Below, one piece after another: positions 17,925-25,690 of a stretch of 64,000 nucleotides of DNA. The stretch is taken from positions 239,452 to 303,451 of the forward strand of contig CAWEKE010000001.1 of assembly GCA_963809565.1 (NCBI GenBank). Reading direction: 5' to 3'. This stretch comes from an uncultured Gammaproteobacteria bacterium (lineage in GTDB: Bacteria > Pseudomonadota > Gammaproteobacteria > Steroidobacterales > XN24). Every line of letters begins with the position of its first letter. The stretch's first letter is position 1. The notes beneath the pieces were generated by a model that worked only from the letters and a program-made list of their open reading frames with translations, did no database searches and was not told the origin of the DNA. The position numbers and the translations under genes are program-made.

Positions 17925-19733
17925 TCAGACCAGGCCGTGGCTCCAGGGCTCGTTCAGGGCCTCGGCCAGCGGCTGCAGCCAACGCGAATAATTGCGCCAG
18001 CGGCCGACGCTGCTGGTGTAGATCGGCTGCCGTACCTGTTCGAAGCTGGCCGTGCGCACCAGCCGCGTGCTGCGATGGAAGTCGAGGCAGGCCTGATCCC
18101 ATGGCAGACCGTTGAACTCGATCAGGGCTCGGGCCTCGCGTGCCGGGTCTTCGATCAGTCGTTCGTAATCCAGCACGTAAATCGGGAGTGAAAGATGTTG
18201 CTGCCAGTGCTCCATCAGCCGCCAGCAACCCTGCTGCTGCAGGCCGATGTGGCGCAGGTCGCGCGCGAAATCCATGCCTTCGCTGCGAAAGTTCTGCTGG
18301 AAACAGGACAAACCGGTGTCCATCGGGTCACGCCGGCAATAGACCACCCGCGCACCCGGCAGCAGGACCTGGATCAGGCCGAGATTCAGGTAGTTGGCCG
18401 GCAACTTGTCGGTTATCCGCGCTGGCCCGCGATCCCAGCCCGGAGCGGTCCGCAGATACTCATTGGCCAGCCGTTCGAGCACCCCGGCTTCGACATGCTG
18501 CAGGCACTCCGGCCAGCGCGTGGCCACGTCGCCTTGGCTTAACCGGCGGGGCAAACGGTAAATATCCGTACGCTCGCCGCCGGCCCGGACCTGCGGATGA
18601 CTGGCCAATATCTGCTCCGCGAGCGACGTCCCCGAGCGGGGCATGCCGACAATGAACACCGGCGCCATCGAATCGACCCCGGATGACGGCATCTGCTGCA
18701 GCCGTTCAGCGGTAAAGAAGGCACACAGTCGTTCAACCGTCGTCCGGAAACCCTCCGGATCAAAACGGCTGGGCAGACAGTCGTTGGCGCGAACGAATTG
18801 CTCGAACGCTCCCGCGTAATCGCCGCTGGCGTCGAGCACCTCACCGAGGGTTGCGCTGATCGTTGCGCGGTCCTGATCGGAAGCATGGGTAGCGTCAAAC
18901 CGCTGCAGCAGCGCTTTGGCTTCGTCGCAACGATCCAGGCGGCGCAGCATCCTTCCGGCGGTAATCACTGCCCACGCGGGCGGCGCGGATGCCAGAACCG
19001 GCTTCAGCAGCTCCAGCACGGCTGCGTATTCGCGCTGTAATTCCAGGGTCCAGATCAGGCCGTGATGCGCCACTTCGTGGGTCGGATCGGACTCCAGCAC
19101 CTCGCGGAAGCAATCCGCGGCGGCAGCCTGATCGTCAAGCCGATGATAGACAAGGCCGAGCGCTGCGCGCGCATCATGATTATCCGGCGCACGCCCGATG
19201 CAACTCAGATAAGTTGCCCGGGCCTGCTCGAGGCAACCCTGTCCGCGCAATGCGTCTGCGTATTCGCGCAGGACTTCCGGATCTTCCGGCATGGCCTTGA
19301 GGACTGGCTCGAGCAGCTCGCCGGCCTCCTCCGCCCGACCCTGCAACAAGTATATTGTCGCCAGCAAACGCCGGCCGCGATGCGCCCGGGCCGAGCCCGC
19401 CGAGACCACAGCCATCGCCTGGCGACAGGCTCCGGCAGCATCTTCCAGCTTGCCCAGAGTGCGCTGCACGTGGGCCAGATTAAGCCATGGGTCGGGTGTA
19501 TCGGGATCCAGCTTCACCGCGGTAAGCAGCGCACGCTCTGCGTCCGGCAAGCGGCCGAGATTATTCAGCGCGCGGCCCAGCGCATTCCATGCCGATGCCA
19601 TCGCCGGGGCTGCCAACACCAGTTGCTGCAGGAGTTTTTCCGCCGCCGCCGGATCACGCTGCCGGATCAGCGCCTCCGCCTGGCTTAACTGTTCGGCCGC
19701 CGCCACGGTCGGTGCTCCATCGCCGTTGCTCAT
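17925..19733 (-). CDS. TPR repeat + TPST-like sulfotransferase fusion (ST8)
   Basis: 602 aa with TPRs. Motifs: FIVGMPRSGTSLAEQILASHPQVRAGGE, RVVYCRRDPMDTGLSCFQQNF, GLPWDQACLDFH, SFEQVRQPIYTSSVGRWRNY. Confidence 0.9.
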   Translation of the reverse strand: MSNGDGAPTVAAAEQLSQAEALIRQRDPAAAEKLLQQLVLAAPAMASAWNALGRALNNLGRLPDAERALLTAVKLDPDTPDPWLNLAHVQRTLGKLEDAAGACRQAMAVVSAGSARAHRGRRLLATIYLLQGRAEEAGELLEPVLKAMPEDPEVLREYADALRGQGCLEQARATYLSCIGRAPDNHDARAALGLVYHRLDDQAAAADCFREVLESDPTHEVAHHGLIWTLELQREYAAVLELLKPVLASAPPAWAVITAGRMLRRLDRCDEAKALLQRFDATHASDQDRATISATLGEVLDASGDYAGAFEQFVRANDCLPSRFDPEGFRTTVERLCAFFTAERLQQMPSSGVDSMAPVFIVGMPRSGTSLAEQILASHPQVRAGGERTDIYRLPRRLSQGDVATRWPECLQHVEAGVLERLANEYLRTAPGWDRGPARITDKLPANYLNLGLIQVLLPGARVVYCRRDPMDTGLSCFQQNFRSEGMDFARDLRHIGLQQQGCWRLMEHWQQHLSLPIYVLDYERLIEDPAREARALIEFNGLPWDQACLDFHRSTRLVRTASFEQVRQPIYTSSVGRWRNYSRWLQPLAEALNEPWSHGLV

Positions 19734-19814
19734 CGGATGCTGCTCGTCAGATCCGGCGCCCGACGATGCTCATGCCGGGCCAGGTCAACCGGGACTCATG
19801 GTTTGCCGACCCAT

Positions 19815-20432
19815 TCATCGCAGGGGATAAGAGAAGCGGAAATCGTCGTCAGGATCGCGGAAATTCACGTAGCTGGTAAGAATGTACTTGTCCCCGGATA
19901 CCGGCGCCTCGCCGACATGCTCATACATCCAGTAGGGAGGCATGATCACCAGCCTTCCGGTGCGCGCTGCGACCCGGGTCCCCAATATCGGAAACACCGT
20001 TTCACCGCCCTCATCCACGGTATTCAGGTACCACAAAAAGGCCACGGTTCGCACCGCAGACCGGTGATCGAACACATCCACATGCAACGGGAAGTGGTGC
20101 GGCTCATCACCGCCGGCCAGGTACTTCTTGACCTTCAGATGTTCAAACGCCCGCGGCGCCTTGCGCGCCAGCATTCCGGCTACCGGCAAGGTCGCGTACT
20201 CGGCCAGGTGGCGCACCATGTTTTCGATCAGCGCGCGCTCGACTTCACGCCATTTCGGATTCGGGTTGCGGGTGATCACATACTCGACCCAGGTTCGCTG
20301 CCGGGCGCGCTGGAACTGTTCAGCCGGATCGGCTTCGACCTGCTCGATAATGCGGGCGCACAGCTCCGGATCCAGCGCATCGTCATAGACCCTGATCAGT
20401 TCCGACAGGCGTGGGTCTGAGCTATCGTTCAT
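19815..20432 (-). CDS. 2OG-Fe(II) oxygenase, prolyl-4-hydroxylase-like (P4Hc type)
   Basis: Motifs HHFPLHVDVF (HxD), RTVAFLWYLNTVDEGGETVFP, ARTGRLVIMPP...YEHVGEAPVSGDKYILTSYVNF (distal His, G.KY..t.w). This is the classical P4H-type jelly-roll signature. Its start overlaps the ST9 stop by 11 nt. Confidence 0.85.
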   Translation of the reverse strand: MNDSSDPRLSELIRVYDDALDPELCARIIEQVEADPAEQFQRARQRTWVEYVITRNPNPKWREVERALIENMVRHLAEYATLPVAGMLARKAPRAFEHLKVKKYLAGGDEPHHFPLHVDVFDHRSAVRTVAFLWYLNTVDEGGETVFPILGTRVAARTGRLVIMPPYWMYEHVGEAPVSGDKYILTSYVNFRDPDDDFRFSYPLR

Positions 20433-22551
20433 AGCCGAAGTACTCGAGGTGGGGATCGAGAGCCGGCATCAGCGGCTCCATATAGTGAGCATATGCCTGC
20501 CACCGGCCTCGGGAGCGCTGGTAGAGCGCCTCGGTCACCTGATGATAACTGTTGGTATTGATGTGGCCACGCTGGCGTGCGCGCTCGGCATAGTCCAGGA
20601 CTCGGGGGTCCCACTCCAGACCGAGGAAGTCGAGCAGCTTGCGCGTCTCCGCTTCCAGGTCATCAATCAGGGACTCATAGCGCACCACGTGGACGTTCAG
20701 CGGCAGGCGCCGGTTGTATAACTGCCACAGGCGCATGGTCTTGTCGTAGATACGGGTCGAATCCTCCAGCGTATGGAAATTCGCGAAGGCGTCGCTGACC
20801 GTATAGTGCTGCATGAAGTTTGACAGCACCACATCGCAGGGATGGCGTTGGCAGAAGACGAAGCGCGCGTCCGGAAACAGACGCCAGAGCATCCCGACCT
20901 GAATGGTGCGGATCGGCATCTTGTCGACAATCAACGTGTCCGCGTGGCCAGCCATGAACGGATCGATTGCATCGAAATACAGCTTCCTCAGCCGGGCGAA
21001 CGTCTGCTCATCAAGCTGCGCCAGCGCGCGCGGGAAACCATCTGGCAACTCCTGCAGAGCCTCCAGCGCGGGCAGGATGGTGACCTGCTCTTCTACAGTG
21101 GTGATGCCCGGGTGACTATCGAGAACGACATCCGTCAGCGTCGTGCCCGAACGCGGGAATCCGAGCATGAACACCGGCGACGGGCGCTCGCAGCGCGGGG
21201 CCTCGGTCCACTCTTCCAGGCGGGTCGTGCTGAAAAACTCGTCCAATTCGTCAAGCAGGGCCAGAAACCGCTCCGGTCTTGCCTCCCGGGCCCGGGGGGT
21301 CGCCCGCGCCAGTTCATTGGCCGCGGTGAAATGTTCATAGGCTGCGTCCGCATTCCCGTGACGATCGTGCAGGTAACCAAGCTGGTAATGGAATTGCTCC
21401 GCCAGACGCGGATCCATCTTCGTGGTGTCGAAGCGCATCAGGCGCTGTAACCCCAGAGTCGGTTCACCGCGGCGACGATCGCCCTTGGCCGCTTCCAGAT
21501 TCAGTCGCGGGTGATCCGGCGCCAGTTGCAGGCCCTTTTCCACCATCTGATCAAGCTCTTCGAGCCTGTTTGCTTCCTCGTACAGCGCGGCCAGTTCTGC
21601 GTAGGCCGCGGGCGAGTGAGGGTCGAGTTCCAGCGCCCGCTTGAAGCTGGCCTCGGCCTCATCGCTGCGGCGCTGCTCATTGAGCACCAGGCCCAGGTTC
21701 AGGTGGACCGATGCATTGTCCGGATCCAGCTGCAGCGCGTGGCGGTAACAGATAGCGGACTTCTTGAAGTTGCGCCGCGTGTGATACGCAATACCCAGGT
21801 TGATCAGCGTTTCGGTGTGGCCGGGCTTAAGGCTCAGCGCATGCTCAAATTGCGCGATAGCTGCATCCACGTCGCCCTGACTCATCAGTACCGTGGCCAG
21901 ATTTCGCCTGGCTGAAGCGAAATCCGGGTCGATGGCCACCGCATGTTCAAACGCATCCCGGGCCTCGTCGAGTTCACCCATCGCGCGCAGGGCATGACCG
22001 AGGTGATCATAGGCAACCGCAAACTCCGGCCGGATCAAAACCGCGCGCCGGAACGCATCCGCCGCTTCCGCCAGACGCCCCATGTTGTTAAACGCGCGGC
22101 CAAGATTGTCATAGGCGCCCGCCAGATTGGGGTTGATTTCCAGCGCCTTGACGAAAAACGGAATCGCCTCCTCCGGTTTGCCCTGCCGCAGCAGGGTTTC
22201 ACCGAGATTGCTGTGCGCCATCGCGAACTCGGGCTGCAGCTGGATCGTCTGCTGATACATCGCCGCGGCGTCGTCCAGTCTGTCCCGCGCCTTCATCAGA
22301 TTACCCAGGCTGTTGATAAAGCTGGCTTTTAACGGATCGAGCTGGATCGCGCGCCGGATCAGTCGCTCGGCGTCTTCCAGCCGTCCCTGGCGGGCGTCGA
22401 TATTGCCCAGGCAATGCAGGGCATCCGCATGCGCCGGTTCGCGCTTGAGCACCTCCAGATACTGGGCCTTGGCCGACTCCAGATCACCCTCATGCTGGGT
22501 CTGCTGGGCCTGATGATAAAGCTCTGCCGTAGATAGGGACTGAGCAGCCAT
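20422..22551 (-). CDS. TPR repeat + TPST-like sulfotransferase fusion (ST9)
   Basis: Long TPR N-terminus. Motifs: FMLGFPRSGTTLTDVVLDSHPGITTVEE, RFVFCQRHPCDVVLSNFMQHY, GLEWDPRVLDY, SYHQVTEALYQRSRGRWQAY. Start chosen at ATG 22551 (GGAG about 12 nt upstream); the maximal ORF reaches 22608. Confidence 0.85.
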   Translation of the reverse strand: MAAQSLSTAELYHQAQQTQHEGDLESAKAQYLEVLKREPAHADALHCLGNIDARQGRLEDAERLIRRAIQLDPLKASFINSLGNLMKARDRLDDAAAMYQQTIQLQPEFAMAHSNLGETLLRQGKPEEAIPFFVKALEINPNLAGAYDNLGRAFNNMGRLAEAADAFRRAVLIRPEFAVAYDHLGHALRAMGELDEARDAFEHAVAIDPDFASARRNLATVLMSQGDVDAAIAQFEHALSLKPGHTETLINLGIAYHTRRNFKKSAICYRHALQLDPDNASVHLNLGLVLNEQRRSDEAEASFKRALELDPHSPAAYAELAALYEEANRLEELDQMVEKGLQLAPDHPRLNLEAAKGDRRRGEPTLGLQRLMRFDTTKMDPRLAEQFHYQLGYLHDRHGNADAAYEHFTAANELARATPRAREARPERFLALLDELDEFFSTTRLEEWTEAPRCERPSPVFMLGFPRSGTTLTDVVLDSHPGITTVEEQVTILPALEALQELPDGFPRALAQLDEQTFARLRKLYFDAIDPFMAGHADTLIVDKMPIRTIQVGMLWRLFPDARFVFCQRHPCDVVLSNFMQHYTVSDAFANFHTLEDSTRIYDKTMRLWQLYNRRLPLNVHVVRYESLIDDLEAETRKLLDFLGLEWDPRVLDYAERARQRGHINTNSYHQVTEALYQRSRGRWQAYAHYMEPLMPALDPHLEYFGYER

Positions 22552-22771
22552 AAGTGTTTGATTCTCCGCCTGATGCAGGCAAAACATATAATTATCCCCT
22601 TTTGCCACGCAGGCGCAAGAAAGGCCGGTGGACCGCAGCGGGACCGTCGTAACGGAACGTATCCGGCGAATCAGGGGTCGGGAAATCCAGCATGGCGGGT
22701 GACATCGGGCCCATGGGCGCGGTGCCCCGATTCTGCTACCGTGACGCGCAGTCGAAGTTCAGGACAACCGG

Positions 22772-23368
22772 ATGAGCAGAACCAAAATCTTCGTTTGCCT
22801 GGCAATCCTGCTGGGCGCGGCCCCGATCCAGGCGGCCGAGGAATCCGATTCGGCGGCGTCCGCCTTTATCAAATGCGCCCGCATTGCCAGCGATGGCCAG
22901 CGCCTGCTGTGCTATGACCGGCTGGCAACAGAGTTGATCGAGCTCGGGCTGAACAGCCGGGGTGGCCTCCCCACCGCTCAGCCGCTCCCGCAGGCGTCAA
23001 CGGCGGGGGCGACGGAGACGGCGACAGCAGACACCGGCTCGCCATCCGTACAGACACCGGCCGCGGACCAGCCGGCGCCTGAAGCCACCGCTGCTGTATC
23101 TCCGGTCGACAAGTTTGGCGCCGAACGGGTGGAGGATGAGACCAATCTGAAGAAGATCCAGAGTCGTTTTGTCGGCGACTTCACCGGTTGGGATGGCAAG
23201 ACGGTTTTCGAACTCGAGAACGGCCAGGTCTGGCAGCAAGCCGAGTCCGGTCGTTTCACTTATCGCGCGGTGAATCCGATGATCACGATCAAGCGCGGGT
23301 TTCTTGGTAGTTATATCCTGACCGTGGATGACATGAATACCACCGTGCGGGTTAAACGCATCAAGTAA
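22772..23368 (+). CDS. secreted hypothetical protein with a Pro/Ala/Thr-rich linker
   Basis: Signal peptide MSRTKIFVCLAILLGAAPIQA, a small Cys-containing N-domain, a low-complexity linker (TAQPLPQASTAGATETATADTGSPSVQTPAADQPAPEATAAVSP), and a C-terminal beta-rich domain. No family recognised. Confidence 0.7.
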   Translation: MSRTKIFVCLAILLGAAPIQAAEESDSAASAFIKCARIASDGQRLLCYDRLATELIELGLNSRGGLPTAQPLPQASTAGATETATADTGSPSVQTPAADQPAPEATAAVSPVDKFGAERVEDETNLKKIQSRFVGDFTGWDGKTVFELENGQVWQQAESGRFTYRAVNPMITIKRGFLGSYILTVDDMNTTVRVKRIK

Positions 23369-23371
23369 AGC

Positions 23372-23839
23372 TCAGCTGTCGGCCACCAGCGGACCTTCGG
23401 TGAGCTCCCAGATTTCTTCCCGCTCTACCAGGCCATAGAGCCCTTCTGCCTGACCGCGCAGGCCGGCCGCCACCTTCTGCCAGTCCACATCATCACCCGG
23501 CGATGCGTCGCCTTTGGAGCCGAGCTGTTCGAGGCGGGCGCTTTGCAGCTGCCATTTCATTACGAAATGACGCGCAGCGTCGCGCGCGGTATCCGCGACT
23601 TCCATATCGACATGATCCGAAGGGATATCTACCCCTGAAATCACCCAGTAGGCGCGGTTCCTGTTTGCCTGAGACCAGGCCTTGCCGATGAACAACTGGT
23701 GCGGCAGTGTCCACACGGCATGGCCGACGACTTCATCCTGGATCAGGTCGCTGTTGCGAACATGTTGCGCCATGTTCTGTAACTGTCCCTTTGCCCATTC
23801 GGCATAGGCCTGCAATTCCTGTTCGTTCCTGAATGCCAT
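23372..23839 (-). CDS. conserved hypothetical cytoplasmic protein (possibly DUF4826-like)
   Basis: 155-aa ORF with coding-like composition and no signal peptide. The family assignment is from memory only and is weak. Confidence 0.55.
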   Translation of the reverse strand: MAFRNEQELQAYAEWAKGQLQNMAQHVRNSDLIQDEVVGHAVWTLPHQLFIGKAWSQANRNRAYWVISGVDIPSDHVDMEVADTARDAARHFVMKWQLQSARLEQLGSKGDASPGDDVDWQKVAAGLRGQAEGLYGLVEREEIWELTEGPLVADS

Positions 23840-23860
23840 ATCGCTGTCACCTCTGCTTGA

Positions 23861-25549
23861 TTACTGCCCAGCCTGGTCTGCTGGCCTGGCCCCGTCTGCC
23901 ATCGGCGTGAGGACAGGCGGCGGACCCTGCACCGGCCGCGGCTTGAATACCTCGGCGTCGGGGCTCCAGGCCTGCCGGGCCGGCTTGTTCTCCTGATACA
24001 AAGCCATATTGGTCTGTAGCCATTCCAGGTCTGCATCCTTATCGGTCTTCAGGGCTTCGAAGATAGCCTGCGCCTGAAAATCCACCGCGGCGTTGAACTT
24101 GCCATTGGCCGCCGAGGCCATCGCCAGGGTCTCCGCGTTGCGCATGCTCGGGTTCTTCAGATACAGCGCAGTCGCGGTCTCCAATGCCTGAATCTTCTGC
24201 TCGTCGGTACTGTCATCACAGATTGCAAATGCCCTGGTCGCGGCCACCACCATCTGCTCATCACCGGGGCTCAGTTTCAGACCCCTGGCCAGAACAGGAT
24301 GCGCCCACTGGCAATCGCCGGATGCCAGCCACGCCATACCCAGCAGATAGGTCACCTCTGCATTTGTCGGCAGCACATGCGCGATCTGTCCGTAGTTCTC
24401 TCCTGCCTCGGAGAACGCTTTGCGTCGCATCAGGCTGTTGGCCAGCAACAGACGCGGCTCGACCAGCTGGGGCTCCGCCTCCAGCGCCTTGCGATAAGCG
24501 ACCTCGGCCTCGGCGTCATTGCCGGTCTGCTCGAACAGCAAGCCGACGAAATAGTTTGCTTTCGCATTGTCCGGCTCGATGGCCAGCAGCCGCGAGAACG
24601 CGACCATCGCCGCGTCCAGCCGGCCCGTGGCCGCGTTCATCTCGCCGAGGTTCATCAGCGCCTCGATGTTGCCCGGCTGGATCGATGCGGCAAGCTCATA
24701 GGCCTGAATAGCCGCATCCGGGCTGTTGTATTGCCTTGCCTGGGCCGCCGCTGCCATATAGCGGTCAAAGTCTCCCGTATGCGAGCGAACAAACGTCATC
24801 AGCGGATCGTCAACGCGCGGTTTGCGATCTCCCGATTTGGCCTGCTCGCTTGCCGCCTTGCTGTCTTCGCCCATCGCCCGATACACCGCCGCCAGTTGCC
24901 CGTGGATCGAATTCGCCTCGGGATCGAGATCCAGCGCTTTTTGCAGCGCATCCAGGGCCTCAGCGTATTTACCCTGAAGGAACAGCGCCTGGCCGAGTCC
25001 AGCCAGCGCGGCCGGGTCGTCAGGATTGCGCCGGACGGCAACGAAAAACCCGGTTTCCGCTTCCTCGGGCTGATTCAGCAACAGCTGCATCTGGCTGCGA
25101 TGGATCAGCGCCGGGGTGAAGCTGAAGGCCAGATCCAGTGCATGACCAAAGCTGGCGGCGGCGGCCTCCGGATCACCGGTCTGTTCGTAGTGGATGCCGA
25201 GCAGATAGGGCCACCGTGGATTAGTCGTGTCCAGAGCCATGGCATTGTAGAAACAGGCTCCGGCCGCTGCTTGCTGACCGTTGGCCAGATAATTGATCCC
25301 CATGCGCCCATAGGCCAGTCCCAGCGGGACCCCTTCCAGACTCATGCGCTGATCGCGAAAAAAATCGACCGCCGGCTGCAAGCGCCGGCTGACCTCCGGA
25401 TCAAGCTTCGACAGATCGGGATGAGGCACCAGCTTGAGGTCGGGCAGATTGGCTTCCTGTTGCGCCGACACCTGGGCCAGCGGCGCAATCAGAAGCACCA
25501 GAACCGCGGTCAGCGCCAGGCAAAATGAAGTTCTCAGGGTATTTTTCAT
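23861..25549 (-). CDS. secreted TPR-repeat protein (second copy of this type)
   Basis: Signal peptide (CLALTAVLVLLIAPLAQVSA) followed by TPR repeats throughout. Same architecture as 13318-14970. Confidence 0.85.
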   Translation of the reverse strand: MKNTLRTSFCLALTAVLVLLIAPLAQVSAQQEANLPDLKLVPHPDLSKLDPEVSRRLQPAVDFFRDQRMSLEGVPLGLAYGRMGINYLANGQQAAAGACFYNAMALDTTNPRWPYLLGIHYEQTGDPEAAAASFGHALDLAFSFTPALIHRSQMQLLLNQPEEAETGFFVAVRRNPDDPAALAGLGQALFLQGKYAEALDALQKALDLDPEANSIHGQLAAVYRAMGEDSKAASEQAKSGDRKPRVDDPLMTFVRSHTGDFDRYMAAAAQARQYNSPDAAIQAYELAASIQPGNIEALMNLGEMNAATGRLDAAMVAFSRLLAIEPDNAKANYFVGLLFEQTGNDAEAEVAYRKALEAEPQLVEPRLLLANSLMRRKAFSEAGENYGQIAHVLPTNAEVTYLLGMAWLASGDCQWAHPVLARGLKLSPGDEQMVVAATRAFAICDDSTDEQKIQALETATALYLKNPSMRNAETLAMASAANGKFNAAVDFQAQAIFEALKTDKDADLEWLQTNMALYQENKPARQAWSPDAEVFKPRPVQGPPPVLTPMADGARPADQAGQ

Positions 25550-25690
25550 GAATCTGATTTCCCGTTCCCGGTGTCGGGAACTCCGTCCTCCATTATGGCG
25601 GTTTCGCTCCGCTTACGCAGAATTCATCATCGTGGAAGGATGACCGTGGCGGAATCCGGAACACGCGCTCCCGCAAGACGCGAGAGGGGA

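Noticed and set aside
304-22551. Possibility that the TPR fusion proteins are OGT/SPINDLY-like glycosyltransferases or methyltransferases, which are common partners of TPR arrays
   Set aside because: The C-terminal domains carry a PRSGT(S/T)L P-loop-like 5'-PSB and an R..P.D...S 3'-PB block typical of PAPS sulfotransferases. No GT41 or SAM-binding (GxGxG) motif is present.
25550-25690. 141-nt gap between the CRTAC1 and TPR genes, examined for a terminator or a small precursor-peptide ORF
   Set aside because: Only a weak 6-bp hairpin (TTCCCG-gtgt-CGGGAA) without a U-tract on the transcribed strand, and no ORF with an SD. It is most simply an intercistronic spacer within the operon.
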